Shown one piece after another: positions 30,684 through 39,689 of a stretch of DNA of 56,653 nucleotides; position 1 is the stretch's first letter; the number at the start of each line of letters is the position of its first letter. The DNA lies in the IMG/VR virus record IMGVR_UViG_3300008448_000010. One strand, given 5' to 3'. The DNA comes from an uncultured virus (IMG/VR IMGVR_UViG_3300008448_000010). Taxonomy: Duplodnaviria > Heunggongvirae > Uroviricota > Caudoviricetes. Position numbers and translations under genes: made by a program. Under the pieces are notes generated by a model. It did not search any database. It saw only the letters and a list, made by a program, of their open reading frames with translations, and was not told where the DNA came from.

Positions 30684-33158
30684 TTAAAGTGTACTAAAAG
30701 TTGTATATATAGTATTTATAGTTACTGGAGCACTTCCACAATTATTTTCACATTCAACTAATGTTTCATAAATTCCAGTGCCATCACCTGGATCAACACA
30801 ATTATTGTTTACACAATTATAAGAAACAATAGGTGGTAATGCACACTCAGCTTGACAAAGAGCTAGTGTAGAGTATTGTCCTAAACCATCACCTGGATCA
30901 ACACAATTATTGTTTACACAATTATAAGAAACAGTTGTTACTGGACATACAGGTTCAGTTGTTGAACAATCACAATCACAACTACAGCCACATGAATTTG
31001 TAGCACATGGATAAGTTGGATCATTTAATGCAGCTAAATCTATTAGTTCTTTTTGTACAATATATTGTTCATCCTCATCAGGACAACAATTTGATATTCC
31101 ATATCTTAATTCTAAAACTTGTTTGTACATTGCTTCTGCAGCTCTACAAGAAACTTCTTCATACTTCCATGCTTCACATCCTGGAGTATTATAACCAGGA
31201 GTAATAGATTTTTGTTTATTTTTTATTGGAGGACATACACCATTTGTACAGTTACCAAAATATTCTATTGTGTATTTAAATTCTACTGTTGTATAGCTTG
31301 GTTGATTTGAAAGACTTGAAATTATATTCCATTCACCAGTAGGACAATCACAATCAGCTCCACAGTTTAAAGTAGCAACTTGTGAATATTCATAAGAATC
31401 TGTAATTTTAACTAATAATATCCATTTGTTTCCATCATAGTATATACTATGTGTATAATTATTAAAATAATTATATTGAGAACTAAATGTAGGTTTACCA
31501 TCTACAGATATTGGTCCAGTATAACCTAAAGAATATGGATATTGAAATAATATATCTTGATATGGTATAATAGCACCTGCAATATATAAAATAAAACTTT
31601 CACATGCTTTTGGTTCATACCATCTTATTAAACATAATCTATCACTTTTTTGACCAGGTAGTAAAGTAACAGTTTGTAATATACCTTGACAATCTAAATA
31701 CTTATATGTTACAGCTATATCATTATAATTTTTTATAGTACTACAAATACATGGTGCACTTGTTAAACAAGTTTCACATTCAGTATAAGAATTTAAAACA
31801 TCTGATATAATACCAGCAGTATCATCTTCAATAGTTTCAGTTACTGTCCAACATGTTTCAGGACACCAATCTAATGTAATTACTTTATCAACATAATCTG
31901 AAAGATCAGTATAGGTTATTACATCTAATTCAAGTCCTAAACAATCTTGTAATCTATAATATTTTCTATTACACTTTTCACAATCTAAGTAATCTTCTAT
32001 GACTATAATATCTAGATCTGTTGGTATATTTCCGTCAATTTGTGTTACTTGCCAACATCCTGGACAATCTTCTCTTCTAACAACTTTATCTACATATAAA
32101 CTTAAATCATTTGATGTATAAACAAATGTTAAAGGATCTTCACATAATGTAAGTTTATAATTTATATTAGGTAAACAAGTTAAACAACAGGCACTAGTAG
32201 TTAATACTGTTACATTTATTGGACACTCACATATTTGTGAAATTAATACTTTCCAACATTCTGTATGACCAGCAATAGTAACTACTTGTCCAAGACTTGC
32301 CGGACTAAATAATGATGGTGAGTTAGAATAAATAACATTTGTGTTATCTAAACAATCTTCTAATAAATAACAAGGTGGTGGATAACATTGAAACTCAGTT
32401 ATTTCTTCACATGTTTCATCATTTAAAACTGTAATTTCTGAACACAATCCATTACTTATTATTTGTAAAGGATTATTTGGAAATAAAGGAAGTGCTAAAG
32501 GATATGCTCCTGCACAAATTTCAAAAGGAGCTAATGGTGTTGCTACTGAATTATAGACACCATAACAATCAATCCATTCTAATGATTTAATTTCTCCTAT
32601 AATAGTATAACATGTACAAGGACACTCACATGAATTTGCATCTACTACAATATCAATTGCATTTGCACAATTATTATTAGATATATTTTCAACAAATACA
32701 CAAATATTATCTATATTATAACTTGGATCTACACTACTTACTATTATATTATTTCCTATAAAACCTGATAAATCTGTAGAAGTTGTAAAAGGTGCAACAG
32801 AACCATCACATGGCCATAACTTAAAACATTCTGGTATACATGATCTTTGACAATAAAGTGACTCTTCACATGTCTTACCAGTAGGAAAATAAATAGAACT
32901 ATTACTAAAACTTGAAACATCTAATGTAAATACAGGAGTTGTTATAGGTACAGTAATATTATTATAAAATACTGTATAACATTGACCAGGAATTAATTGA
33001 GTCCATGGACCTGAACCTTCTCCTTGTATAATTGATGTTCCTGTATATACCCAAGTACTATTATTAGGCATACCAACAATTGAACTACCAATAAATCTAG
33101 CATAATTATCTCCAGGAGCACAACATGGTACAAAAGTTATAGTAGGTATATCTGCCAT
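30684..33158 (-). CDS. Very Cys-rich repetitive structural protein, probably tail hub/appendage (824 aa)
   Basis: Repeats of (F/Y)xLxxC...Y(S/T)xxDLSxYVxKV...CW; C-terminal SYNCVNNNCVDPGDG twice; lies between tail hub-like and fibre genes. Confidence 0.55.
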   Translation of the reverse strand: MADIPTITFVPCCAPGDNYARFIGSSIVGMPNNSTWVYTGTSIIQGEGSGPWTQLIPGQCYTVFYNNITVPITTPVFTLDVSSFSNSSIYFPTGKTCEESLYCQRSCIPECFKLWPCDGSVAPFTTSTDLSGFIGNNIIVSSVDPSYNIDNICVFVENISNNNCANAIDIVVDANSCECPCTCYTIIGEIKSLEWIDCYGVYNSVATPLAPFEICAGAYPLALPLFPNNPLQIISNGLCSEITVLNDETCEEITEFQCYPPPCYLLEDCLDNTNVIYSNSPSLFSPASLGQVVTIAGHTECWKVLISQICECPINVTVLTTSACCLTCLPNINYKLTLCEDPLTFVYTSNDLSLYVDKVVRREDCPGCWQVTQIDGNIPTDLDIIVIEDYLDCEKCNRKYYRLQDCLGLELDVITYTDLSDYVDKVITLDWCPETCWTVTETIEDDTAGIISDVLNSYTECETCLTSAPCICSTIKNYNDIAVTYKYLDCQGILQTVTLLPGQKSDRLCLIRWYEPKACESFILYIAGAIIPYQDILFQYPYSLGYTGPISVDGKPTFSSQYNYFNNYTHSIYYDGNKWILLVKITDSYEYSQVATLNCGADCDCPTGEWNIISSLSNQPSYTTVEFKYTIEYFGNCTNGVCPPIKNKQKSITPGYNTPGCEAWKYEEVSCRAAEAMYKQVLELRYGISNCCPDEDEQYIVQKELIDLAALNDPTYPCATNSCGCSCDCDCSTTEPVCPVTTVSYNCVNNNCVDPGDGLGQYSTLALCQAECALPPIVSYNCVNNNCVDPGDGTGIYETLVECENNCGSAPVTINTIYTTFSTL
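30781..30933. repeat. Perfect 48-bp direct repeat (30781-30828, 30886-30933)
   Basis: ccatcacctggatcaacacaattattgtttacacaattataagaaaca twice, 105 bp apart; encodes VSYNCVNNNCVDPGDG. Confidence 0.9.
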
Positions 33159-33167
33159 TATATAATT

Positions 33168-33356
33168 TTATTTAATTTTATTTGCCCCTAGTTTAGATTG
33201 AACATAAGCTCTGGGATGTATTGTTTTTTGTGCTTTAATTTTTTCTTCTATTGAACTTACACAACTTGTGCAAGCAGCTGCTCCATTAGATGCTTGTCTT
33301 CTTTGACAACCACATGATAATATTGCATTACAATTTGGACATGATGAATTTGACAT
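33168..33356 (-). CDS. Small Cys-rich, probably Zn-binding protein
   Basis: CPNC...SCGCQ...CTSC; fills the gap between two structural genes. Confidence 0.6.
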   Translation of the reverse strand: MSNSSCPNCNAILSCGCQRRQASNGAAACTSCVSSIEEKIKAQKTIHPRAYVQSKLGANKIK

Positions 33357-33375
33357 ATTTGTTGGTTTTAATAAT

Positions 33376-33918
33376 TTAACAATTTACACAATCCATTTTA
33401 TTTAAAAGTTTTAATGCATAGTTGTATAATGACATTCCTTTTTGAGGTTCATGACAAATTTCAACTTTTGATTTAGCAGCATCTAAATACATACGGATTA
33501 TTCTTAAAGCTTCTAGTTTTTGTTTTATTTTAAAAGGTGGGTCACAATCAGCAACATCCACTCTACATAAAATTTTATTATATCTGTTTAATGCTTTTGT
33601 AATTCTCAAATGATTGTATTCTACAAATACTATATCATTTGGAGCTACACTATATTTTATTATATATATGCCATCTGGAATATCTGTATAAGTAGTACCA
33701 CAATTTTGAGTTTGTAAATTTAAATCACAAGCTGTTATTACTTGATTAAAATTAGGAGTTACCGTTATTTCAGTTGAATAACTAAATCCAGGTACAGTAA
33801 TTTGTAGTGTAGGACAGCTTATAGGAATTAAATCAGTATACACACTTGTATCAAATATACTTAAAATACATGTGTTCATCACAGTAGGTACCTCTAAACT
33901 TAATACATGATTTGCCAT
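33376..33918 (-). CDS. Tail hub-like structural protein
   Basis: DTSVY...LQITVPG...IPDGIYIIKYSV Ig-like part plus C-terminal helices; follows the auxiliary capsid gene as in crAss-like phages. Confidence 0.55.
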   Translation of the reverse strand: MANHVLSLEVPTVMNTCILSIFDTSVYTDLIPISCPTLQITVPGFSYSTEITVTPNFNQVITACDLNLQTQNCGTTYTDIPDGIYIIKYSVAPNDIVFVEYNHLRITKALNRYNKILCRVDVADCDPPFKIKQKLEALRIIRMYLDAAKSKVEICHEPQKGMSLYNYALKLLNKMDCVNC

Positions 33919-33929
33919 AATGTTTATAT

Positions 33930-33967
33930 AAAAAAAGGGGAGGAGTTTGAAACTCAGCTCCCCTTTC
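33930..33967 (-). terminator. Rho-independent terminator after auxiliary capsid gene
   Basis: GGGGAGCTGAGTTTCAAACTCCTCCCC followed by a T run on the minus strand. Confidence 0.85.
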
Positions 33968-33993
33968 TAGTTAATAATTTATTCCTTTATAGA

Positions 33994-35823
33994 TTAAGAT
34001 ATTGGAGGAACTGGAGTAACAGGAGTACAAGAAGTAACACAACCAAAAGTTTCAATTGTACCACATCTAGATCCACAGTTTGTTAACCATGTGTTTACCC
34101 AGTTAGCAAACAATTGTCCATTACCACCATCTGTAGGTGTTACAGTGTTAGCAACAACTATCTCTAATAAGTATTGATCATTATCAAATGTAGAAGATGG
34201 GTTATTGAAACGTGGAACATTGTGCTGGATAAAGAATGCATTATAAGTAGAATTTCTACTGATAGCATTTAGTATCTGGTTTCCTTGTGTTATCTCACGG
34301 ATACGGAAGTCACTAGCAAAGAAGTTTTGACGGTATCTCTCAGATAAGATAGTATCTCTTAAATAAGTGTCACCAAAACCATTAGCTTGACGGCCTTCAC
34401 ATTCAGTAACTACACACACTCCTGAGAATGTACATGGGTCACCATTTAAATCTACTTCAGAAGCATATAATCTTACAGGCTCTTTTTCATAGAAATCTGT
34501 AGGTTGGAATGTACAATCTAAGAATTTAGTATCTACATAAGCACCATTTAAAACTATACCTGCATACTGACCAACAACATGTCCTGGAGATACATATTTA
34601 TCCCAAGTACCACCAATTGTGTATCCAGCTGGAGGTGTTAAAGCTGCAAGTTGAGCTGCAGTTGTATTAGGAGCATACCATAAAGAGTTGTTTTCAGCAA
34701 CTACTACTGGTAAAATAAATGGAGAAATTAATGGAGAATTGTAAATTTGATTAGCCCACTCAATATATACTAAAGTTGCATCTACTGCTACTGGAGCAAT
34801 TGAACCTGGAGCACAACATCCTGTATAAGCAGAAACTGTTAAGTATGCATTGTGATTTAAGAATCTCAAAGCTGGAGAACCTTTAACATCTAAACGTAAG
34901 TAGTATGTTTCACCACATAAGAAATCTTGATTACAAGATGTAGGAACACCTGCAGTTACTGTAAATGTAGGAGCAGTTATTGTTCCTGAACCATCATATG
35001 GTAAAAAGAATCCTGTGATTGCAATTGGACCAGCAACAGTTTGTGAAATACTAACTGTATAAGTTCCAGCACCACCAGGAGTTCCTGTTAATTGAGAAAC
35101 AATAGTTGTACCAGCTGTAACACCAGTACCTTGAATAACCATTCCAGGGAAGAAAGAACCACCACTTGCTGCCATAGCTGCAATTGTCATAGTAGTACCA
35201 GCAATGCTACTACCTACTGTAGAAATACCTGTAGCAGGAGTAACAACATCACCTGTTACCCATCCTGTACCTGCTTGTGTAATAGCTACGTTAGTAACTA
35301 AACCACCAACTACTGTTAAAGTAGCTTCTAATGCAGAACCTGTTGGAGTAGATAAGTCAACTAATGCAATATTAGTATAAGTACCATCAGCTGCATTTGC
35401 ACCAGCATTTGTAATTGCTAATGATATAGCCTGATCATCTGTGTATGGAGTAAATCCTACGTGGATAACATTGTTTTGTGCTGTACATGCTGGAGTAAAG
35501 TAGAAACGGCTAACATACTTAGGATTGATTTCCTTAGATTTGTTAGACTCTTTATAACCTCCTGCAAATGGACCAATTTTATCATTTTGATAAAGTGATC
35601 CTGATGCTAAGATAACTGGACAACATCCTGTTGGAGCTGAACCAGAAGCTGTAGGGTATACAGTCCAAGTCTTTGGGTTAACAAATGCATATTGGCCAGT
35701 AGCCAAAATGTTTCCGGTAGTACCTAGTACACCTCCTGTTAGACCTGTGAACCCTTGAGTTCCAGGATTTGTTGCATTCACACCTACAAAGGTTTTCTGA
35801 AATGCATGATTAAAATAACTCAT
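33994..35823 (-). CDS. Auxiliary capsid (cement/decoration) protein with beta-rich insertion
   Basis: Own promoter and terminator; SKEINPKYV, CGETYYLRLDVKG, HNVPRFNNPSSTFDNDQYLLEI; position matches the crAss auxiliary capsid gene. Confidence 0.65.
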   Translation of the reverse strand: MSYFNHAFQKTFVGVNATNPGTQGFTGLTGGVLGTTGNILATGQYAFVNPKTWTVYPTASGSAPTGCCPVILASGSLYQNDKIGPFAGGYKESNKSKEINPKYVSRFYFTPACTAQNNVIHVGFTPYTDDQAISLAITNAGANAADGTYTNIALVDLSTPTGSALEATLTVVGGLVTNVAITQAGTGWVTGDVVTPATGISTVGSSIAGTTMTIAAMAASGGSFFPGMVIQGTGVTAGTTIVSQLTGTPGGAGTYTVSISQTVAGPIAITGFFLPYDGSGTITAPTFTVTAGVPTSCNQDFLCGETYYLRLDVKGSPALRFLNHNAYLTVSAYTGCCAPGSIAPVAVDATLVYIEWANQIYNSPLISPFILPVVVAENNSLWYAPNTTAAQLAALTPPAGYTIGGTWDKYVSPGHVVGQYAGIVLNGAYVDTKFLDCTFQPTDFYEKEPVRLYASEVDLNGDPCTFSGVCVVTECEGRQANGFGDTYLRDTILSERYRQNFFASDFRIREITQGNQILNAISRNSTYNAFFIQHNVPRFNNPSSTFDNDQYLLEIVVANTVTPTDGGNGQLFANWVNTWLTNCGSRCGTIETFGCVTSCTPVTPVPPIS

Positions 35824-35857
35824 TTTGTTTTAGTTTTAGTTAATAAATAAATATACT

Positions 35858-35888
35858 ATAATATAGTAAAAGTTTTTAATATATCAAA
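35858..35888 (-). promoter_or_regulatory. Putative promoter TTTG-N19-TATATTAT
   Basis: Boxes at 35885-35888 and 35858-35865. Confidence 0.6.
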
Positions 35889-35889
35889 A

Positions 35890-36405
35890 TTATTTTAAAA
35901 AAAGTAGCTTGTATTTAGTTGAGTTAATAGAATCTTTAACTAAATCTAAATTATTAACAATCTCAGAGTATGGCATCATACCTTGTAGTTTATTAATTGA
36001 GTTGTATAAATCTCTAAGATATCCAACACCATCTGCTACTGTATCTAAAGTTCTAATTGGCATATCAGTATAACTTATAATTTTTTCTGCTACACCTTGG
36101 TATCCTTCTACTAGTGTATCAGCATGATCATGAAGTCCTGCATAAAATTCTCCAAGAGCTTTATGTGCTGCAAAAGAACCATCTCCTGTAACTTTTAAAT
36201 GAAGCTTATGAAAACTAATAGCTGCATTCATCATTTCTGTTGCACATGCTGATGTCATTGTATCTAATGAACTACCACCAACTCCAGTATTAGGAGTAGG
36301 TTGTGGTATAGCTGGTTCTTCTTTTGATTGAGTAACAGTAAGTTGAGGTCTACTAATAGTTTTTACAGGTTCAGGATTTCTTTTTAATAATCTAGTTTTT
36401 TCCAT
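35890..36405 (-). CDS. Ferritin-like / Dps-like protein (DUF5856-like)
   Basis: FHKLHLKVTG..SFAAHKALGEFY..L.DHADTLVE matches the Dps HW...G..F...H...E.Y......D.LAE pattern. Confidence 0.8.
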   Translation of the reverse strand: MEKTRLLKRNPEPVKTISRPQLTVTQSKEEPAIPQPTPNTGVGGSSLDTMTSACATEMMNAAISFHKLHLKVTGDGSFAAHKALGEFYAGLHDHADTLVEGYQGVAEKIISYTDMPIRTLDTVADGVGYLRDLYNSINKLQGMMPYSEIVNNLDLVKDSINSTKYKLLFLK

Positions 36406-36419
36406 TTTTATTTAAAATT

Positions 36420-37118
36420 TTAATTATTTCTTTCAGCACTTTCTGTACCTCTTGCATACTGGTTTCCTGATTCAATGTCTCCAGCTAATACAGCAACTGC
36501 TTCATCTATTATAACTTCAATTATATCATCTTTAAATTCACATTGAATATTAGTAGGTGATGCTACTCCTGTATATGGGTCAACACATCCTTGAACTTGA
36601 ATTTTTACAGGTTGTCTGTAATAAATTATATCAGCATCCTGTACTTCAAAATCTTTATTTGTGTAAATATGTACATTATTATTAATTAATGTAGCAAAGG
36701 TTTCTCCCCACTCAAAACTTGGTTGTTTAGATTTATCTCTTAAAAGTTGATTAAGATTTCCTTCTTCAGCAAAATAAACTGTCATTCTTCTTTTTTCACA
36801 ACAATCTTTTTTTGCTAGTACATCAACTCTTTTCCATTGCATATAATCTTCAGGAAGCAATGCTTTATAATAATAATCTTTAGGATTAATAGTTAAAGAT
36901 TGAGAATTTAATAATACTTGTAAGTCATCTTTTCTTCTGGTAGATTGTTCATCTCCTTCTTTAAGAATATTAATTCCATGCAGTTGTCTTCTTGACCATT
37001 CTACTTGAGCCTTATTAAATGCTTCTACAACAGCCCAACACTCAATATTATCATAATCTTGAGAATCTAATTTATTTAAACGTTGTTTAACTTTTATAAT
37101 TAAAGTTGAATTAAGCAT
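36420..37118 (-). CDS. Head-tail adaptor / ring protein
   Basis: RLNKLDSQDY...FNKAQ...EQSTRRKDDLQVL...YYRQP...CEF; conserved crAss-like structural gene downstream of the capsid gene. Confidence 0.7.
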   Translation of the reverse strand: MLNSTLIIKVKQRLNKLDSQDYDNIECWAVVEAFNKAQVEWSRRQLHGINILKEGDEQSTRRKDDLQVLLNSQSLTINPKDYYYKALLPEDYMQWKRVDVLAKKDCCEKRRMTVYFAEEGNLNQLLRDKSKQPSFEWGETFATLINNNVHIYTNKDFEVQDADIIYYRQPVKIQVQGCVDPYTGVASPTNIQCEFKDDIIEVIIDEAVAVLAGDIESGNQYARGTESAERNN

Positions 37119-37581
37119 ATTCTAAATATTTAATTGCATTTTTAAGAGTTTCTATTTCATCATTTACAAAACCTAATAAAGAATTACATTTATAACATAA
37201 TAACCCTCTTACTTTACCTGAAATATGACAATGATCTACAGCAAAATATGTATTTCTACCATGTTTAATTTCTGTTTCTGAAATTTTACATATTCCACAT
37301 TGACTATTTTGTAAAATTAACATCCTGTTATACTCCTCTAATGTAATATTGTATCTTTTTTTATAATAAATTTCTCTGTTTGCTTCTTTTCTTTTTTTAT
37401 TAAGCTCTCTTCTTTTTTGTTTAAAATCTTCTGTTTTGCTACTTTCTTTTATTCTTGCTTTTATTTTTTCTTTATTTAATTCATAATACTTTTTAGTATA
37501 AACTTTTAATTTTTCCTCTTTAGTTAAACTATTAGAGATTGAATTATCTTTTATCTTTATGGTAAGTACACTATTTTGCAT
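37111..37581 (-). CDS. Endonuclease VII-family free-standing homing endonuclease
   Basis: YNITLEEY..ML..QNSQCGIC...AVDHCH.SGKVRGLLCYKCN..LG...D...LKNAIKYL. Confidence 0.9.
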   Translation of the reverse strand: MQNSVLTIKIKDNSISNSLTKEEKLKVYTKKYYELNKEKIKARIKESSKTEDFKQKRRELNKKRKEANREIYYKKRYNITLEEYNRMLILQNSQCGICKISETEIKHGRNTYFAVDHCHISGKVRGLLCYKCNSLLGFVNDEIETLKNAIKYLEYA

Positions 37582-37584
37582 GTC

Positions 37585-37731
37585 TTATTTATTTTTTGCC
37601 ATTGCTTTAAATGTTCTTGCTAATGCTTTTCTCTTAGGTGTACAAGTAGGTTTAGACATAGGAGTACAGTAACCTTTATGTTTAGGGTTGACTGCTTTTT
37701 GTATCCATTTCTTATCCTTCTTCTCAGCCAT
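37585..37731 (-). CDS. Small basic protein (48 aa)
   Basis: Below track cutoff; MAEKKDKKWIQKAVNPKHKGYCTPMSKPTCTPKRKALARTFKAMAKNK; exactly fills the gap. Confidence 0.75.
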   Translation of the reverse strand: MAEKKDKKWIQKAVNPKHKGYCTPMSKPTCTPKRKALARTFKAMAKNK

Positions 37732-37733
37732 GA

Positions 37734-38105
37734 CTATTTCTTTTTAGCATTCTTTTTAGCACCAACAATTCTATCAGCAAAAGTTGCTTTATTATATGGA
37801 GGAGCTAATGCTGCAAATTTAGTTGTTTTAGTAGAACCTCCAGAACCAAACTGAAGTGGTCTTGCTTTTACACATCTACCATCTTCACCTCTTACCATAC
37901 CATTCTTACAAGAAGCTTGTACTGCACGGCTTACTGAACCACCTGATTTCATAGAAGATGGACCTGTTTGTCCAGCACCTATAAAGTAAGGTATACCTGC
38001 AGCAAATGGTTTTTTAGGAGGACCTAAGATTGGAGTTTTACTTGGCATACCACCTTTAGCCATTTTCTTCATTGAGCCACCGCAGCTCATACATTTTGTT
38101 TTCAT
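37734..38105 (-). CDS. Small basic protein with xxxGG motifs
   Basis: MSCGG, MAKGG, MKSGG, FGSGG; C-terminal FAALAPPYNKATFADRI. Confidence 0.7.
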   Translation of the reverse strand: MKTKCMSCGGSMKKMAKGGMPSKTPILGPPKKPFAAGIPYFIGAGQTGPSSMKSGGSVSRAVQASCKNGMVRGEDGRCVKARPLQFGSGGSTKTTKFAALAPPYNKATFADRIVGAKKNAKKK

Positions 38106-38124
38106 AATATATATATATTTTAAA

Positions 38125-38397
38125 TTAACAATTCCATTTTCTTAAAGAAAGAGCTTTTCTTGTAGGTCTGCCTTTTTCATCTTTCATAGGTCCAGGCATC
38201 CCTGACATTCTAGCACAAAAACTTTTTCTTCTCTTTGCTGCTTTGCCATTTGGATCTAACTTAGATGGCTTAGTAGTGACTGCCATCTTAAGTTTAGATC
38301 CCGGATTAGCTGCTCTATAACTGGCTACTCCCTTTGCATTTAAACCTCCGGTTTTATTCTTACCTTCTTTTCTTGTCCAAGCTGCTGTCTTTGCCAT
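38125..38397 (-). CDS. Small basic phage protein (DUF6321-like)
   Basis: AWTRKEGKN..GGLNAKG...RRKSFCARM...SLRKWNC, a pattern recalled from aquatic phages. Confidence 0.75.
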   Translation of the reverse strand: MAKTAAWTRKEGKNKTGGLNAKGVASYRAANPGSKLKMAVTTKPSKLDPNGKAAKRRKSFCARMSGMPGPMKDEKGRPTRKALSLRKWNC

Positions 38398-38399
38398 AA

Positions 38400-38738
38400 C
38401 TATGCTTTTTTTACTCTTCTTCCCATACCTACTCTAGACTTTTCAGCTTTCTTAGCAGCTAGTTTAGAAGGAGTTAATTCATACTTTGTTTTAGGAGTAT
38501 CCTTTGATACTCTTTTTGTAGGCCGGCAGTATTCATTAGAACCACCGGCACCACAAGCTTTACCTGATTTAGTATCCTGCCATTTTTCTGCTTGCCATCT
38601 TTTAAGGTTTGCACCAGCTTTAGTTTTTCTAACTACACCTGAACCTTTCCTACATTTAGCAATTGCTTGAGAAGCCCTTGCTGAAGGAAACACAGCATAC
38701 TGTGCTTTTACTTTACTATAGCAGGCATCTTTAGGCAC
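38400..38738 (-). CDS. Small basic phage protein (DUF5872-like)
   Basis: KDACYSKVK..Y.VFPSA.AS.AI.KCRK...LKRW..EKW...CRP.KRVSK.TPKT. Confidence 0.7.
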   Translation of the reverse strand: MPKDACYSKVKAQYAVFPSARASQAIAKCRKGSGVVRKTKAGANLKRWQAEKWQDTKSGKACGAGGSNEYCRPTKRVSKDTPKTKYELTPSKLAAKKAEKSRVGMGRRVKKA

Positions 38739-38740
38739 TA

Positions 38741-38953
38741 TTAACAGCTTTTACCTTTCATGCTTCCACCCATTTTAGCTTTAGGTATTGCAGTTTTTGG
38801 AGCAGAAGATGTTCCACCTACTTTACCTTTAGCAACTTTTGATGCTGCAGCTTTTGGGTTAACACCTGATTTAACACCTTTAGAACCTGGAGTTTTTTGA
38901 ACTGGTGTATTACCATTCAATTTTACAATTACTCCTTTACTTGCTTTTTTCAT
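38741..38953 (-). CDS. Small Lys-rich protein (start reassigned to ATG 38953)
   Basis: MKKASKG...AKMGGSMKGKSC; the ATG sits just after the upstream stop codon. Confidence 0.65.
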   Translation of the reverse strand: MKKASKGVIVKLNGNTPVQKTPGSKGVKSGVNPKAAASKVAKGKVGGTSSAPKTAIPKAKMGGSMKGKSC

Positions 38954-38954
38954 T

Positions 38955-39677
38955 TTATTTTTTTTTAGTTTTAATAATACCACCTTTTTTCTTTTTCTCT
39001 GGAGACTTAACTCCTGCTAATTCAGTAGGACCTGTACTTGATACTTTCATATCAGTTGCTTTTACTGTTTCCATTTTTGCTGGTGGTTGATTTTCTTTAT
39101 CAAATGAACCAGATTTTAATTTTGCAAGTAATGCTAAATTAGCTTTCATTGAACCATCTGTTAAACCTTGCTTCTTAGCTTCAGACCAAGAGGTTCCAGT
39201 TTTTTCTTTCCATATTTCAGATACTGTTTTACCAGCAGGTGTTTTTACAACTGAAGTCTTAACTGGAGTTTTTACAGAAGAACTATTTTTACCTAAATTA
39301 GGTTCAATTTTTATTTTTGAATTTGTTATAGAAACTTTTGCACTTCCTACAGGTTTATATTGTGTAGTTGCTTTTGGTTTAACAGTAGTCTTTTTAGGAT
39401 TATCTCTAGTTATACCTTCAATTACAGCTTTAACTTTTTTACCAGATGCTACTTTTGCAGCAGCTCTTTTAGCAGCATCAGCTTTAGCAACTTTAGCAGC
39501 AGCATCAGCTTTTTGTTTTTTAGCTAATTCAGTATTATAATTAAAACCTGATTCAATAATTTTTTTTGGATTGAGTTTTGTATTTATTGCACTGGTTCCT
39601 TTTACTGTACTAATCAGTTTAGATCCACCTTTTTGCATTTTTTTAACACCACCATATTGCATTTTCTTTGCTTTCAT
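38955..39677 (-). CDS. Lys/Ala-rich histone-like basic protein
   Basis: MQYGG, MQKGG and KKKGG motifs; AAAKVAKADAAKR and KTPVKT tracts. Confidence 0.65.
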   Translation of the reverse strand: MKAKKMQYGGVKKMQKGGSKLISTVKGTSAINTKLNPKKIIESGFNYNTELAKKQKADAAAKVAKADAAKRAAAKVASGKKVKAVIEGITRDNPKKTTVKPKATTQYKPVGSAKVSITNSKIKIEPNLGKNSSSVKTPVKTSVVKTPAGKTVSEIWKEKTGTSWSEAKKQGLTDGSMKANLALLAKLKSGSFDKENQPPAKMETVKATDMKVSSTGPTELAGVKSPEKKKKGGIIKTKKK

Positions 39678-39689
39678 TTTATATTAATT

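Noticed and set aside
30781..30933. Direct repeats as DGR template/variable repeats
   Set aside because: Copies are identical rather than differing at adenines, lie in one ORF, and no reverse transcriptase is present in the window.
38106..38124. Short (AT)n tract, also at 56630-56641
   Set aside because: Short and expected in AT-rich intergenic DNA; no evidence for phase variation.
38954..38983. Track start (MVLLKLKKNK) for the 80-aa ORF
   Set aside because: It overlaps the upstream gene; the ATG at 38953 just after the upstream stop is more plausible.
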